Positions 1-10,327 of a stretch of DNA of 64,000 nt are shown here, piece after piece (positions within the stretch are counted from its first letter, which is position 1; every line of letters begins with the position of its first letter). The stretch spans positions 288,001-352,000 of the forward strand of contig CAVXWP010000009.1 of the NCBI GenBank assembly GCA_963765495.1, written 5' to 3'. Both the position numbers and the translations under genes were made by a program. The notes under the pieces were generated by a model, which was not told the DNA's origin, searched no databases, and saw only the letters and a program-made list of their open reading frames with translations. The DNA comes from Blastocatellia bacterium. Lineage in GTDB: Bacteria; Acidobacteriota; Blastocatellia; UBA7656.

Positions 1-7
1 AGCAACT

Positions 8-790
8 ATGAGAATCGACCGAAAACTATTCAAGGCTGTAATGCTTGCAGTCTCAATCGGAGGCTTCGTCGCTCAGGCGATTATCACCACACCTGCGCTC
101 GCGCAATCGAATAACCCGCTTGTCTGGGAACCCCCTCCCGCAAAGATCAAGCGGGTGAAGAAGGTTGATCGCAAGCCGAAGCGTGTCATACGTACAGGAA
201 CGGTTGAGAAAGCCACGCTGCTGACGCTTCAGTATCAGGTTTACAAACGCGGAGACGGAAACGTCAAAGAAGAGGTAGACCCGCAGACGGTCTTTCAAGA
301 AGGAGACCAGGTAAAATTTGCAGTAGCCACGAATCAGGACGGGTACCTCTATATCATCAACCAGCCGGAAGGAAAAGACGGCGTAGTGCTGTTCCCAAGC
401 CCGCAAATCAATCAGGGTCAAAACAAGGTTAAGAAAAACGAGTTGTTTCTTATCCCCTCCTACTGTAAGGAAGTTGAAGGATTGCAGAAACCCGAAGATT
501 GCTGGTTTGAGATGAGACCCCCGGCCGGACGCGAAAGAATAATTATCATCTTCAGCCGCGATGAGATAACCACGCTTCCCAATCAGGTCGCAAAGGCATA
601 CGGCGCGGTCAAAGGGGAAATAATCGCCGGACTTATTAAAAGCTCGGGGCAGAATAAGGTGCAGGAAACCGGCGAGCTTCGCATACCCGGTCTGAGCGAA
701 ACTATGATGTTTGCCACGCGGGTGCAAAATACGAACCTCAAAGACAACGAAGAACTCATCGCGACGTTTGATATCAATCACGGAGAGTGA
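8..790 (+). CDS. Secreted DUF4384-like (Ig-like) domain protein
   Basis: Signal peptide ending ALA-Q; F.EGD.VKF...NQDGYLYIIN...VLFP and PPAGRERIIIIFSR pattern typical of DUF4384. Confidence 0.7.
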   Translation: MRIDRKLFKAVMLAVSIGGFVAQAIITTPALAQSNNPLVWEPPPAKIKRVKKVDRKPKRVIRTGTVEKATLLTLQYQVYKRGDGNVKEEVDPQTVFQEGDQVKFAVATNQDGYLYIINQPEGKDGVVLFPSPQINQGQNKVKKNELFLIPSYCKEVEGLQKPEDCWFEMRPPAGRERIIIIFSRDEITTLPNQVAKAYGAVKGEIIAGLIKSSGQNKVQETGELRIPGLSETMMFATRVQNTNLKDNEELIATFDINHGE

Positions 791-815
791 GTTGATTGAT
801 GAAAGGAGCTATGAA

Positions 816-1574
816 ATGAAAGCGATTATCAGATTAATCATCGCTTCGATAATGACGGCCAGCCTCGCTACGGCCGTTTCGGCCACCTCACAAAAGGGAG
901 CAGAAACCGGAGCAAGAAAAAGACAGACCCGCCGCAGCGACAGCGCGCGCGCGCGCTCTCTGTTTGTCAACAAGAGCGCCGATGCCATGCGCGTCGTGAT
1001 ATTGAAAGCCGACGGCGATACCTATGTGCCTACGGACCCAGGTCAGGAATTCAAGCAGGGCGATCAGATCAAGGTCGATTTCTACAGTAATTTCAAAGGC
1101 TATGTTTATATAGTCAATGTTGCGCCGAGCGGACAGAAATGCGTGCTCTTCCCTTACGCCGAAGAGGCAGACAACCAAATAGCCCCGGACAAGGCTTATA
1201 CGCTGCCGCGAACCGGAGCCATACAATTCGATGAAGAGAAAGGCACAGAGGTGCTTCAGGTAATAATGTCTCGCGACCGCATCGCGTTTCTTGATGCCGC
1301 GACAAAGAATGAAAACGGCTGTATAACAGATTCGGCTTCAAGTGTTGCAAACGAGCTTGCCGGGAATAAAGGCGGTCTCGAAGCCGAAAAGACCGTATCT
1401 GTTCTACCAAAATCGGGACCGCATGCCCTCCGGTCGCGCGATATCATTCTGGCAGCAGGCAAAGACAAAGAGCCGGAAGGTTCATACGTAGCCATTTCCG
1501 ACAGCAACGGTTCAAACGGCACGCTAAAATCGGGCGAGGTCGTCGTCTTTGATATCCGGCTCAAACACAATTGA
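816..1574 (+). CDS. Secreted DUF4384-like domain protein (paralog of upstream gene)
   Basis: ATG 816 after AAGGAG; signal peptide; FKQGDQIKV...GYVYIVN...VLFP...GTEVLQVIMSR. Confidence 0.7.
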   Translation: MKAIIRLIIASIMTASLATAVSATSQKGAETGARKRQTRRSDSARARSLFVNKSADAMRVVILKADGDTYVPTDPGQEFKQGDQIKVDFYSNFKGYVYIVNVAPSGQKCVLFPYAEEADNQIAPDKAYTLPRTGAIQFDEEKGTEVLQVIMSRDRIAFLDAATKNENGCITDSASSVANELAGNKGGLEAEKTVSVLPKSGPHALRSRDIILAAGKDKEPEGSYVAISDSNGSNGTLKSGEVVVFDIRLKHN

Positions 1575-1588
1575 GAGGACAGCTTTAG

Positions 1589-2818
1589 TTGAAACTCGAA
1601 TTCCTCACCAAGAAAACCGGGCAACTCAAGCTCGGCTCTGTTTGTCTATTTTTGGCAATCTCTTTTTCCGCCGCGCACGCGCGTCCGCAACGGGCCGGCC
1701 CGCCTCCGCCGGGGAAAAAGTCTGTCCGGGCCAGAAACCTGACGCCCGAAGCACGCGCTCAAATCCGGCAGGCCGTCTCTGCGGTAGGTATGATTCTGAT
1801 TCGCAGCGCAAACGATCCTCGCAACCCCGAACCGAAGCCGCGAGGGTCAGGTGTCATCGTGCGATCAGACGGTGTGGTGGTGACCAATTATCACGTCATC
1901 GCAGATGATAGTACCAATCATTTTTACCCCGAAATCTTCTTCAACCTCGCATCCTCCGGCGCAGAGGCTACATCGACCTCGCACCGTTATCGCTTGAAAC
2001 CGATTTTGACGAGCAAGGATTATGATCTGGCGCTGCTGCGCATAGAATCCGATAGCGAGGGAAACCTTGTTCCGGGTTCTATGGTCTTTCCTACAATCGA
2101 ACTGGGCGATTCCAAATCGGTAGAGTTGCTCGATGATTTGACGATAATCGGGTTCCCGGAAAAAGGCGGGTTGACCGTAACGGTCAACCCCGGGGTGGTC
2201 GAGGGCAAAGATATTCTTGGGAACTGGATAAAGACCGACGCGCGCGTGATACACGGCAACAGCGGCGGCGCGGCGGTCAATAATCAGGGCAAACTCGTTG
2301 GCATCCCCACAAAAGTCTACGCCGATGCGCGACCGATTGATAAGAACGGGGACGGATTCCCCGATGAAGTTCAACAGTATGGAGCGGTCGGGTTTTTACG
2401 GCCCTCTAATCTGGTTGCGGCCATGCTCGGACAACTCGATAACAGCGATATGTCGGCTGCGCCAGCGCGACCGGCAGCGCCGGACAGAAGACTGAGCAGC
2501 GTAGTTCCTAAAGAGCTTCCTTCAACACCCGGGGTTGAAGTGCGCGGCATAGTCAGGACAATACCCGGCGGCAAAGTGCTTGCGGGCGTGCGAGTCGGGT
2601 TGATTCCGCTCGGCAGCGACACCGTGACTAAAGATAATCTGCTGACATGGGGCGGGACAAATGCCGACGGCGAATTCGTCCTGAATCAGCCGGTGCCGCC
2701 GGGCCGTTATACCCTGAAGGCAACCGCGCTCGGATTCAAACCCTATTCGAGCGATGTCGAGATAGGCACCGAGATCACGCGTATTCTGATCGAGATGCAG
2801 CCGTCGAATAAACGATAA
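1589..2818 (+). CDS. Trypsin-like (S1C-type) serine protease with C-terminal carboxypeptidase-regulatory-like beta domain
   Basis: GSG, TNYHVI (His), DLALL (Asp), GNSGG (Ser); C-terminal TNADGEF..PPGRYTLKATALGF; signal peptide; TTG start. Confidence 0.85.
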   Translation: MKLEFLTKKTGQLKLGSVCLFLAISFSAAHARPQRAGPPPPGKKSVRARNLTPEARAQIRQAVSAVGMILIRSANDPRNPEPKPRGSGVIVRSDGVVVTNYHVIADDSTNHFYPEIFFNLASSGAEATSTSHRYRLKPILTSKDYDLALLRIESDSEGNLVPGSMVFPTIELGDSKSVELLDDLTIIGFPEKGGLTVTVNPGVVEGKDILGNWIKTDARVIHGNSGGAAVNNQGKLVGIPTKVYADARPIDKNGDGFPDEVQQYGAVGFLRPSNLVAAMLGQLDNSDMSAAPARPAAPDRRLSSVVPKELPSTPGVEVRGIVRTIPGGKVLAGVRVGLIPLGSDTVTKDNLLTWGGTNADGEFVLNQPVPPGRYTLKATALGFKPYSSDVEIGTEITRILIEMQPSNKR

Positions 2819-2853
2819 GCGATAGTCATCCGGTCTCCCGCAACAGGTAGTTC

Positions 2854-2896
2854 AGGCGAATAGAAATAGGCCGGGACGGCCTATTTCTATTCGCCT
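2854..2896 (+). terminator. Perfect 20-bp hairpin, probable terminator
   Basis: aggcgaatagaaataggccg-gga-cggcctatttctattcgcct downstream of the protease gene. Confidence 0.6.
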
Positions 2897-3046
2897 TTCG
2901 TTCAACTTCATCTCAACTGTTATCTGTGCCGGACAGATCGTAAAGCCCTTGCGTCGAGAGCTTGCGACCACTGAAACCGCCGTGTTAGATTGAGTTTCAC
3001 TGTAATACTTTTCAATTCCGCCTTACGGCAATGGGGGTAAAACCAA

Positions 3047-4231
3047 ATGACACAATCTGCCACAGCACAATCTGAAAACGCGCCGCGCCCGCTCACTTCG
3101 CTCACGGACGAAGAGATGCTGTTTCGCCAGTCGGTGCGCGAATTCGCGGAACAGGAGATTCGCCCGCTCGCACACGAAATGGATGAAAAAGGTAAATTTT
3201 CTTCCGAACTTATAAAGCAATTTTTCGATCTCGGGCTTATGGGCATAGGCATCCCGGAAGAGTACGGCGGGCAGGGCGGCAACTTCTTTAACGCGATCCT
3301 TGCCGTCGAAGAGCTATCGCGCGTAGACGCATCGGCAGGCGTAATAGTTGATGTGCAAAACACTCTGGTAAACAATGCCATCCTGCTGTGGGGCAACGAG
3401 GATCAGAAGAAGCGGTACTGTCCAAAGCTCGCAACCGACACCGTAGGCGCTTACGCGCTTTCAGAAGCCGGTTCGGGAAGCGATGCCTTCGGGCTTGCCA
3501 CTCGCGCCGAAGACAAAGGCGATCACTTCCTGCTCAACGGTCAGAAACTCTGGATCACAAACGGAGCCGAAGCCGGTCTTTTTATAGTCTTTGCCAATAT
3601 CAACCCCGAACAGGGTTATCGCGGCATCACGGCTTTTCTTGTCGAAAGAGACTTTCCCGGCTTCACCGTAGGCAAGAAAGAAGACAAGCTAGGCATCCGC
3701 GCAAGCTCTACGTGCGAGCTTATACTTGAAAACTGTGAAGTAAAAAAAGAGAACGTGCTCGGCGAAGTGGGACGCGGATACAAGATCGCCATCGAAACGC
3801 TCAACGAAGGCCGCATAGGCATCGGCTCGCAGATGGTAGGTCTCTCGCAGGGCGCGCTCGAATACGGCATCGCCTATACAAAGGAGCGCACGCAATTCGG
3901 TCGCCCGATTGCAAAGTTTCAGGGCGTGCAGTTTCAGATCGCCCAGATAGCGACCGAGCTTGAAGCCGCGCGATTGATGGTCTATAACGCGGCTCGGCTA
4001 AAAGACGCGGGCGAAGATTACGTCACACAGGCGGCAATGGCCAAGCTTTTCACCTCGCAGGTGGCAGAGCGCGTCACCTCGCAGGTCGTCGAACTTTACG
4101 GCGGATACGGATACACCAAAGATTACCCCGCCGAAAAATACTATCGCGATGCAAAGATCGGCAAGATTTACGAAGGCACATCAAACATGCAGCTTCAAAC
4201 CATCGCCAAACAGATAATCGGCGATGTGTAA
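3047..4231 (+). CDS. Acyl-CoA dehydrogenase (short/branched-chain type)
   Basis: YALSEAGSGSDA, GQKLWITNG, KLGIRASST, GGYGY, IYEGTSNMQ. Confidence 0.95.
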   Translation: MTQSATAQSENAPRPLTSLTDEEMLFRQSVREFAEQEIRPLAHEMDEKGKFSSELIKQFFDLGLMGIGIPEEYGGQGGNFFNAILAVEELSRVDASAGVIVDVQNTLVNNAILLWGNEDQKKRYCPKLATDTVGAYALSEAGSGSDAFGLATRAEDKGDHFLLNGQKLWITNGAEAGLFIVFANINPEQGYRGITAFLVERDFPGFTVGKKEDKLGIRASSTCELILENCEVKKENVLGEVGRGYKIAIETLNEGRIGIGSQMVGLSQGALEYGIAYTKERTQFGRPIAKFQGVQFQIAQIATELEAARLMVYNAARLKDAGEDYVTQAAMAKLFTSQVAERVTSQVVELYGGYGYTKDYPAEKYYRDAKIGKIYEGTSNMQLQTIAKQIIGDV

Positions 4232-4247
4232 AAGCCCTGCCAATGCA

Positions 4248-4342
4248 TGATGCGTGATTATCGTGATGCGTGATTCGTGATTTAGCAGGCTTGCAAGTCG
4301 TTTAAAATCGGCGGCCTGCCTGAAAGTCACGAATCACGCATC
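4248..4342. repeat. Family A heptamer hairpin (CGTGATG/T)n ... (TCACGCA/AA)n
   Basis: Inverted heptamer arms around a ~45-nt core with inner gcaggc/gcctgc pairing. Confidence 0.75.
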
Positions 4343-4412
4343 GTTTCCCCCATCTTTGAAGCAAGTAATCACTCGTGTTAATATGCGTTTCAGGGTGTTT
4401 TGGGAGGATGAT

Positions 4413-4676
4413 ATGAAACGCGCACCGGGTATTTTTCTGGGTTTGGTGCTTGCCGCCGGAATTGTCATAGCCACCGCCGTAGAGCCTCACCCGTCATCAG
4501 CGACAGCAACGGTTTCCGCGTCGAATCTTGTCTACGCGGGTCCGACGAGTAAAACTTATCACGCTCAGGAATGCAAAGCGCTCCGGCGTGTTCGCCCGGC
4601 AAAACTCATCAGAATGAATCGAGACGATGCCGAAGCCGCGGGCTATATCGCCTGTAATGTCTGCTTTCGCCGGTAA
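4413..4676 (+). CDS. Small exported protein with Ada-type Zn-binding-like domain
   Basis: GGAGG RBS; signal peptide; YH..C...A..AGY.AC..C motif. Confidence 0.65.
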   Translation: MKRAPGIFLGLVLAAGIVIATAVEPHPSSATATVSASNLVYAGPTSKTYHAQECKALRRVRPAKLIRMNRDDAEAAGYIACNVCFRR

Positions 4677-4697
4677 GCAATCAGCCCGAAAAAATTC

Positions 4698-4764
4698 GCC
4701 ACAGAGGCACAAAGACACAGAGAAAAGATTTTGATAAACCTCTGTGTCTTTGTGCCTCTGTGGC
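4698..4764. repeat. Nonamer-based 25-bp perfect inverted repeat (CACAGAGG/ACAC family)
   Basis: gccacagaggcacaaagacacagag / ctctgtgtctttgtgcctctgtggc, 17-nt loop. Confidence 0.85.
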
Positions 4765-4903
4765 TATTTCGACCTTTTAGAGCCTTCACGCTTTTGTCAA
4801 AACCTTGCTTCTCAGGTTAAAATATATCTTACGATGCAACGAGCCTTGAACCCGGCCGATGCTGCTCTGTCCTGGCTTTTCATTTTTTGTTGAGGAGACT
4901 TAG

Positions 4904-6916
4904 ATGATTGAAAGTTTGATTCATCGGGAGGTTGAGAAACGCCCGTCCAAAGTTCAGATCAAGGGCAGGATTCTCTTTCTTGCCGAAGAAGCCGAACTGG
5001 TGAGAACCCAGATTGAAGGCAATGATTTAGACATAAATAATATCCCTTCGCTCAGGAATGACATTTCCACAGACGAGATCACGCCAGCCTATATTTGCTA
5101 TCATTTTGATGAAAAGCTGGGCGAGTTTGTCTATATCGGGCTCAAGTGCGGCGATGAGTTCCCCATAAAACGCGGCGATGTGAAAAACGGAGGTTTCGAA
5201 GTCTCCGTATCGGGCAAGCGACGGGGCAAGGGCTCAAGCCGCGAACAATCCCCTTACGCTGAAATCGCCGCGGGCATTCGCCTCGTAATAGCCGAAAACA
5301 TCGAACGGATTTACAGGCAGAACTGCCAGAACCTCGGCCTGCTCACCTCGACCGATTTCAGCCTCATCCCTCGCATAGCCCGGGGTGAAGAGATACCGCT
5401 CGAAGAATTCACGCGCGGCGAAGACGAGATAACACGCCAGATCATCGAGTACGGCGGGCTGTTTACTTTCAACGTAGCGCGGCTTCAGGGCAAAGTCTCT
5501 TTGCCTGAAATCACGACCCAAAAACGTCCGATGACGCTGGCCGAAAAAATCTTTGCGAATCGCTTTGTCACCGATCCGGCAAAAGGCGCTACGGGAGTCG
5601 AAGCGGTCAAGCCGGGCGACACAGGTTTTGTCCGTACCGATATTCGGTTCAGCCACGAATACGTAACGCCGATGGCGGCGATTTTTTATGAATCGCTGGT
5701 CGGCAACGAACCCGTCAACGATCCGTCGTCAATATACTTTTTCCAGGACCACCTGACTTTTCTTGACGACGTGATGCCGCCCGAGCGGCGCGCTATGGGA
5801 TTGCTCGATCTGGCGCACGAGCTTATACGCAAACAGGCGGAGTTTGCCGACAAGCAGGGCATACGTCTGCACGGACAACTCAAGGATCGCAAAGGCTCCG
5901 AGGCGATCTGCCATAGCCTTATCCTTCAAAACTACGCCCTGCCCGGCCAGATCATCATCGGCTCGGATTCTCACACGCCGCACGCGGGAGCCGTCGGATG
6001 CATAGCCTTCGGCGTGGGAACTACCGATATATTCAATTCCTGGATCACGAAAGATGTCCGCGTACGCGTGCCCGAACAGGTGCAGATAAAAGTCACCGGA
6101 CACAAGCCCGACAACATCACCGCGAAAGATTTCATGCTTGCGATACTCAGGACCGACTTTGTCCGAAACGGCGACGCTATCGGCAAGATAGTCGAATACA
6201 CGGGTGAAGCCGTAAGCGACCTCAACATTGACGAGCGCGCCACGATGACCAACATGGCCGCCGAGGTAGGAGCCTTCACAGGGCTTGTCGGGGCCGATGA
6301 AAAGACCGTCGAATTTCTTATGGAGCGAGGTCTCTCGCCGGATGAAGCCGCTCGATTATGCGAGGGGATGCAAAGCGACCCCGATGCCCAGTATGCGCTT
6401 ACCATAGAGATCGACGCGAACCAGTTGCGCCCGATGGTGGCGACTCCCGGCGATCCCGGAAACGGCGTCTATATCGACGAGTTGCCCGGCACGGTCAAGG
6501 TTGACATCGCATACGGCGGGTCCTGCACGGCGGGCAAAAAAGAAGATATGGATATGTATGCGCGGGTGTTTCGTGAAGCCCTCGTTCGCGGGCAGCGCGT
6601 TCACCCCGACACCCAGTGCTTTATTCAATTCGGCTCGCAGGAGGTTCGCAAGCACTGCGAGCAGCAGGGCTACATTGACATATTCGAGCAGGTCGGCGCG
6701 ACGATAATAGAGCCGAGTTGCGGGGCCTGCATCAACGCCGGTCCCGGGGTCAGCACCTTGAAGGAGCAGGTAGTTATCAGCGCGCAGAATCGAAATTTCC
6801 CAGGGCGCAGCGGACCCGGTCAGATGTATCTGGCCTCGCCCTATACCGTGGCTGCCTCCGCGATAGCCGGGCACATAGTCGAATACCGTCCCGCTTCGGC
6901 AGCCTCTGTCAAGTAA
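4904..6916 (+). CDS. Aconitase-superfamily dehydratase, LeuD-like swivel domain fused N-terminal to LeuC-like domain
   Basis: DISTDEITP and GKGSSREQ (swivel); DH, GSDSHT, GGSCTAG, CGACI, NRNFPGR (large subunit, 4Fe-4S Cys ligands). Confidence 0.85.
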   Translation: MIESLIHREVEKRPSKVQIKGRILFLAEEAELVRTQIEGNDLDINNIPSLRNDISTDEITPAYICYHFDEKLGEFVYIGLKCGDEFPIKRGDVKNGGFEVSVSGKRRGKGSSREQSPYAEIAAGIRLVIAENIERIYRQNCQNLGLLTSTDFSLIPRIARGEEIPLEEFTRGEDEITRQIIEYGGLFTFNVARLQGKVSLPEITTQKRPMTLAEKIFANRFVTDPAKGATGVEAVKPGDTGFVRTDIRFSHEYVTPMAAIFYESLVGNEPVNDPSSIYFFQDHLTFLDDVMPPERRAMGLLDLAHELIRKQAEFADKQGIRLHGQLKDRKGSEAICHSLILQNYALPGQIIIGSDSHTPHAGAVGCIAFGVGTTDIFNSWITKDVRVRVPEQVQIKVTGHKPDNITAKDFMLAILRTDFVRNGDAIGKIVEYTGEAVSDLNIDERATMTNMAAEVGAFTGLVGADEKTVEFLMERGLSPDEAARLCEGMQSDPDAQYALTIEIDANQLRPMVATPGDPGNGVYIDELPGTVKVDIAYGGSCTAGKKEDMDMYARVFREALVRGQRVHPDTQCFIQFGSQEVRKHCEQQGYIDIFEQVGATIIEPSCGACINAGPGVSTLKEQVVISAQNRNFPGRSGPGQMYLASPYTVAASAIAGHIVEYRPASAASVK

Positions 6917-6920
6917 TTAA

Positions 6921-7007
6921 TGACACTTGATGCGTGATGCGTGAGATTTGCGACGAGTTTTTAATCAGCTACCTACCTGAAAATCACGCATCACGCATCA
7001 AGTGTCA
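6921..7007. repeat. Family A heptamer hairpin, 24-bp perfect arms
   Basis: tgacacttgatgcgtgatgcgtga / tcacgcatcacgcatcaagtgtca. Confidence 0.85.
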
Positions 7008-7025
7008 CTCTGAGGAGATAACTCG

Positions 7026-9146
7026 ATGGCCGTTCAACCACAGGCAGAAAAGTATCACGGGCTGGACCGCGAGACCATGTTGAAGATTTACCGTCTGATG
7101 TACACCTCTCGGCGGGTAGACGATAAAGAGATTCAACTGAAGCGGCAGAACAAGATCTACTTCCAGATCTCCGGCGCGGGCCACGAAGCCGTTCTGGTCG
7201 CCGCCGGACTCGCGCTCAGGCCCGGATATGACTGGTTCTATCCCTACTACCGCGACCGCGCATTGTGCCTTGCGGTGGGAGTGACGGCGACCGACATGCT
7301 CATGCAGGGAACGGGCGCGGCGGCCGATCCGAGTTCGGGTGGCCGCCAGATGCCGAGCCACTGGGGACATAAAGACCTGAATATCGTCACGCAATCATCG
7401 CCTACGGGGACGCAGTTCCTGCAAGCCGTGGGCTGCGCCGAGGCCAATTACCGGGCCGAATTGATTGGCAACCCCGAAAAACTTATTCGGGGCTATAAAC
7501 CTGACTCTGTGGTTTACGTATCGGCGGGGGACGGCACGACGAGCGAAGGCGAATTTTATGAATCTCTGAATACGTCCTGCAATCTGAAACTCCCTGTGCT
7601 CTATGTGATTGAAGACAACGGTTACGCGATTTCGGTCCCCGTTGAAGTTCAGACCGCGGGCGGGAGCATATCGAAACTCGTGAGCGGGTTCCCGAATTTG
7701 ATGGTCGAAGAGGTGGACGGCTGCGATCCCATAGCGAGTTACGAAGTCCTGAAGCGCGCTGTCTCGTACTGCCGCGAGCGACGCGGTCCGGCGCTTGTTC
7801 ACGCGCATGTTATCCGGCCTTATTCTCACTCTCTTTCCGACGACGAAATGCTTTACCGGCCCGCAACCGAGCGTGAACGCGAAGCCGAACGCGATCCGAC
7901 CCGCACTTTCGCAGCTTATCTGATCAATGAAGGGCTTGCGACTGAGGAAGATCTCAAACGCCTGACCGAAGAGGTTGATGAGGAAGTCAACCGGGCGGCA
8001 GATGCGGCAGACGCCGCGCCAAAACCGGGCAAGGAAACCGTTACTTTGTACGTTTACTCGCCCGATGTTGACCCGACATCGAAGGAGTTCGACTCGGAAA
8101 CATCTGAGCCTCCATCGGGCGATCAAAAGACGATGGTCGATCTTATCAACGCGTGTCTGACCGACGAGATGGCCAGAGACGAACGAATTGTCGTCTTTGG
8201 CGAAGACGTAGCAGATTGCAGCCGCGAAGAGAATATCGAAACCGTCAAAGGCAAAGGCGGGGTCTTCAAGGTCACGCACAACCTGCAACGCCGGTACGGA
8301 AGCGACCGGGTATTCAATTCGCCTCTGGCCGAGGCCAACATCATCGGGCGCGCAACGGGAATGGCTACGCGGGGGCTGAAGCCCGTGCCCGAAATTCAAT
8401 TTTTCGATTACATCTGGCCCGCGATGCATCAGCTTCGCAACGAGATCCCGCTCATACGCTGGCGCTCAAACAACAACTTCAAATGCCCTATGGTGATTCG
8501 CGTGGCCACGGGCGGATACCTGACGGGAGGGGCGGTCTATCACAGCCAGTGCGGTGAGAGCATCTTTACACACACGCCGGGGATGCGAGTGGTGATGCCC
8601 TCGAACGCGCTCGATGCAAACGGACTCTTGCGCACCGCGATTCGCTCGGATGATCCGGTGATGTTCCTCGAACACAAACACCTCTACCGCCAGACCCACA
8701 ACAAGGGGGCATATCCAGGACCGGATTATATGATTCCCTTTGGCAAGGCAAAGGTAGTGCGGGCGGGCACCGACATTTCGATCATCACTTATGGGGCTAC
8801 GGTCTATCGCTCAATCGTGGCGGCAAGAAAAGCAGAAGAAGAACACGGCCTGAGCGTGGAAGTCATAGACCTCCGATGTCTTAGTCCCTACGATTGGGAG
8901 ACCATAAGCGAATCCATCGGCAAGACGAACAAGGCGCTGGTCGTTCACGAAGACACCCGGAGCTGGGGCTACGGCGCTGAGATAGCCGCCCGAATCGCCG
9001 ATGAGTTATTCGAATATCTCGACGGACCCGTTCGCCGCGTGGCCGCGCTCGATACGTTTGTGGCCTACTATCCGGGGCTGGAAGACGCGATATTGCCTCA
9101 GGCGGATACAATCAAATCGGCCCTCCTCGACCTCGCGCGTTATTGA
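7026..9146 (+). CDS. 2-oxoacid (probably branched-chain) dehydrogenase E1, fused alpha/beta
   Basis: GDGTTSEG...DNGYAIS ThDP motif, HSLSDD, FGEDV, PLAE, EIQFFDY, FLEHK. Confidence 0.9.
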   Translation: MAVQPQAEKYHGLDRETMLKIYRLMYTSRRVDDKEIQLKRQNKIYFQISGAGHEAVLVAAGLALRPGYDWFYPYYRDRALCLAVGVTATDMLMQGTGAAADPSSGGRQMPSHWGHKDLNIVTQSSPTGTQFLQAVGCAEANYRAELIGNPEKLIRGYKPDSVVYVSAGDGTTSEGEFYESLNTSCNLKLPVLYVIEDNGYAISVPVEVQTAGGSISKLVSGFPNLMVEEVDGCDPIASYEVLKRAVSYCRERRGPALVHAHVIRPYSHSLSDDEMLYRPATEREREAERDPTRTFAAYLINEGLATEEDLKRLTEEVDEEVNRAADAADAAPKPGKETVTLYVYSPDVDPTSKEFDSETSEPPSGDQKTMVDLINACLTDEMARDERIVVFGEDVADCSREENIETVKGKGGVFKVTHNLQRRYGSDRVFNSPLAEANIIGRATGMATRGLKPVPEIQFFDYIWPAMHQLRNEIPLIRWRSNNNFKCPMVIRVATGGYLTGGAVYHSQCGESIFTHTPGMRVVMPSNALDANGLLRTAIRSDDPVMFLEHKHLYRQTHNKGAYPGPDYMIPFGKAKVVRAGTDISIITYGATVYRSIVAARKAEEEHGLSVEVIDLRCLSPYDWETISESIGKTNKALVVHEDTRSWGYGAEIAARIADELFEYLDGPVRRVAALDTFVAYYPGLEDAILPQADTIKSALLDLARY

Positions 9147-9197
9147 TCGGAAAGCGCCCGGTCGATGCTTTAGCCGGGCGCAACTTTCAAGGTAAAG

Positions 9198-9609
9198 ATG
9201 AAGAATTGCTGGCTGCTCAAATCTGATCCTGACGATTATACCTTTGACGCTCTCGAACGTGAGGGCGAGACCGTCTGGGACGGTGTGAGCAACAACCTCG
9301 CCCTTCAAAATCTGAGAAAGATCAAAATGGGCGACGATCTGTTGATCTATCATACCGGCAGCGAAAAGGCGCTCGTCGGACTTGCCCGCGCCGCAAGCGA
9401 CCCTTACCCCGATCCGAACGGCGACAATCCAAAACTCGTCGTAATAGATGTAAAACTATCTTCGCCGCGCAAAGCGCGCAGTTACGCTCGCAGAGATCAA
9501 ACAGATGCCCGAATTTTCATCCTTTCAGCTTGTCCGACTGCCGAGGCTTTCGGTGGTTCCCGTTGATGAACAGGAACGAAAAAGTCTCTTCAAGATGGCC
9601 GGACTTTAA
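9198..9609 (+). pseudogene. EVE domain protein with a +1 frameshift near 9456
   Basis: WLLKSDP..WDGV.N..IYHTG in the first frame; the EVE C-terminus VTLAEIK..LVRLPRLSVVPV continues in the +1 frame to TAA at 9607-9609. Confidence 0.75.
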
Positions 9610-9719
9610 ACACTCCCCTAATTTTCACAGGCGCGAACCGCTTTGATCCGAAACAGACATTTGGCGACTGCCTGCCGGTCTATGTTAGACTAACCGTCTT
9701 GATAGCGCGGGGCGAATCT

Positions 9720-9902
9720 ATGAAGATCAGTTTTATTCTCGCGGTGCTCGGAATTGTGGCTTTGTTAATTGGCTATGTGCGAGTAGAAAAGCGAATAAAT
9801 CAGAGGGCCTGTCCCAGTTGCAAATACGGTATTTCCGTAGATTCCGCCGACCGGCAATGCCCTCGCTGCGGCGCGATACTTGAAGAAGAAAACAACCTGT
9901 GA
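9720..9902 (+). CDS. Small membrane-anchored zinc-ribbon protein
   Basis: N-terminal hydrophobic helix; CPSC...CPRC. Confidence 0.6.
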   Translation: MKISFILAVLGIVALLIGYVRVEKRINQRACPSCKYGISVDSADRQCPRCGAILEEENNL

Positions 9903-10327
9903 GAGGAAAGCTCTCCAGCCTGGCGCATATGACTATGAAACGATTCATAAATGCCATCCCGAAGCTTGCGTTCATTTATCTGCCGCTATGCATTATCGCA
10001 GTAGACGCGGCGGTGCTCGTTTCAGAGCGGCTGCAACCCGAAACGGAAAAGGCCATCAGAATGGTTCAGGAAAGCCCCTCGCGCAAAGAGGAATTCACCA
10101 TTCAACAACATTTCTACACCACCGTCTATTATCAAAAATCGAAGGGAGAAGACGTAACCATAGAAGGATGGGACGCCGATCAACCTGCGGGTCCGAACAC
10201 TCCGGTGATGGTGGTATTCGGCTATGAAGACAGTCAGGGCGACCACACGGCCCTTTGGGAAGTAGACGTAAAAAAGAAAAAGATCACTCCGCGAAATGAA
10301 ATGGCCGTCAACATATCTCGCCAATGA
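9899..10327 (+). CDS. Hypothetical membrane-anchored/exported protein
   Basis: GTGA overlap with upstream gene; one hydrophobic segment; start uncertain. Confidence 0.55.
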   Translation: MRGKLSSLAHMTMKRFINAIPKLAFIYLPLCIIAVDAAVLVSERLQPETEKAIRMVQESPSRKEEFTIQQHFYTTVYYQKSKGEDVTIEGWDADQPAGPNTPVMVVFGYEDSQGDHTALWEVDVKKKKITPRNEMAVNISRQ

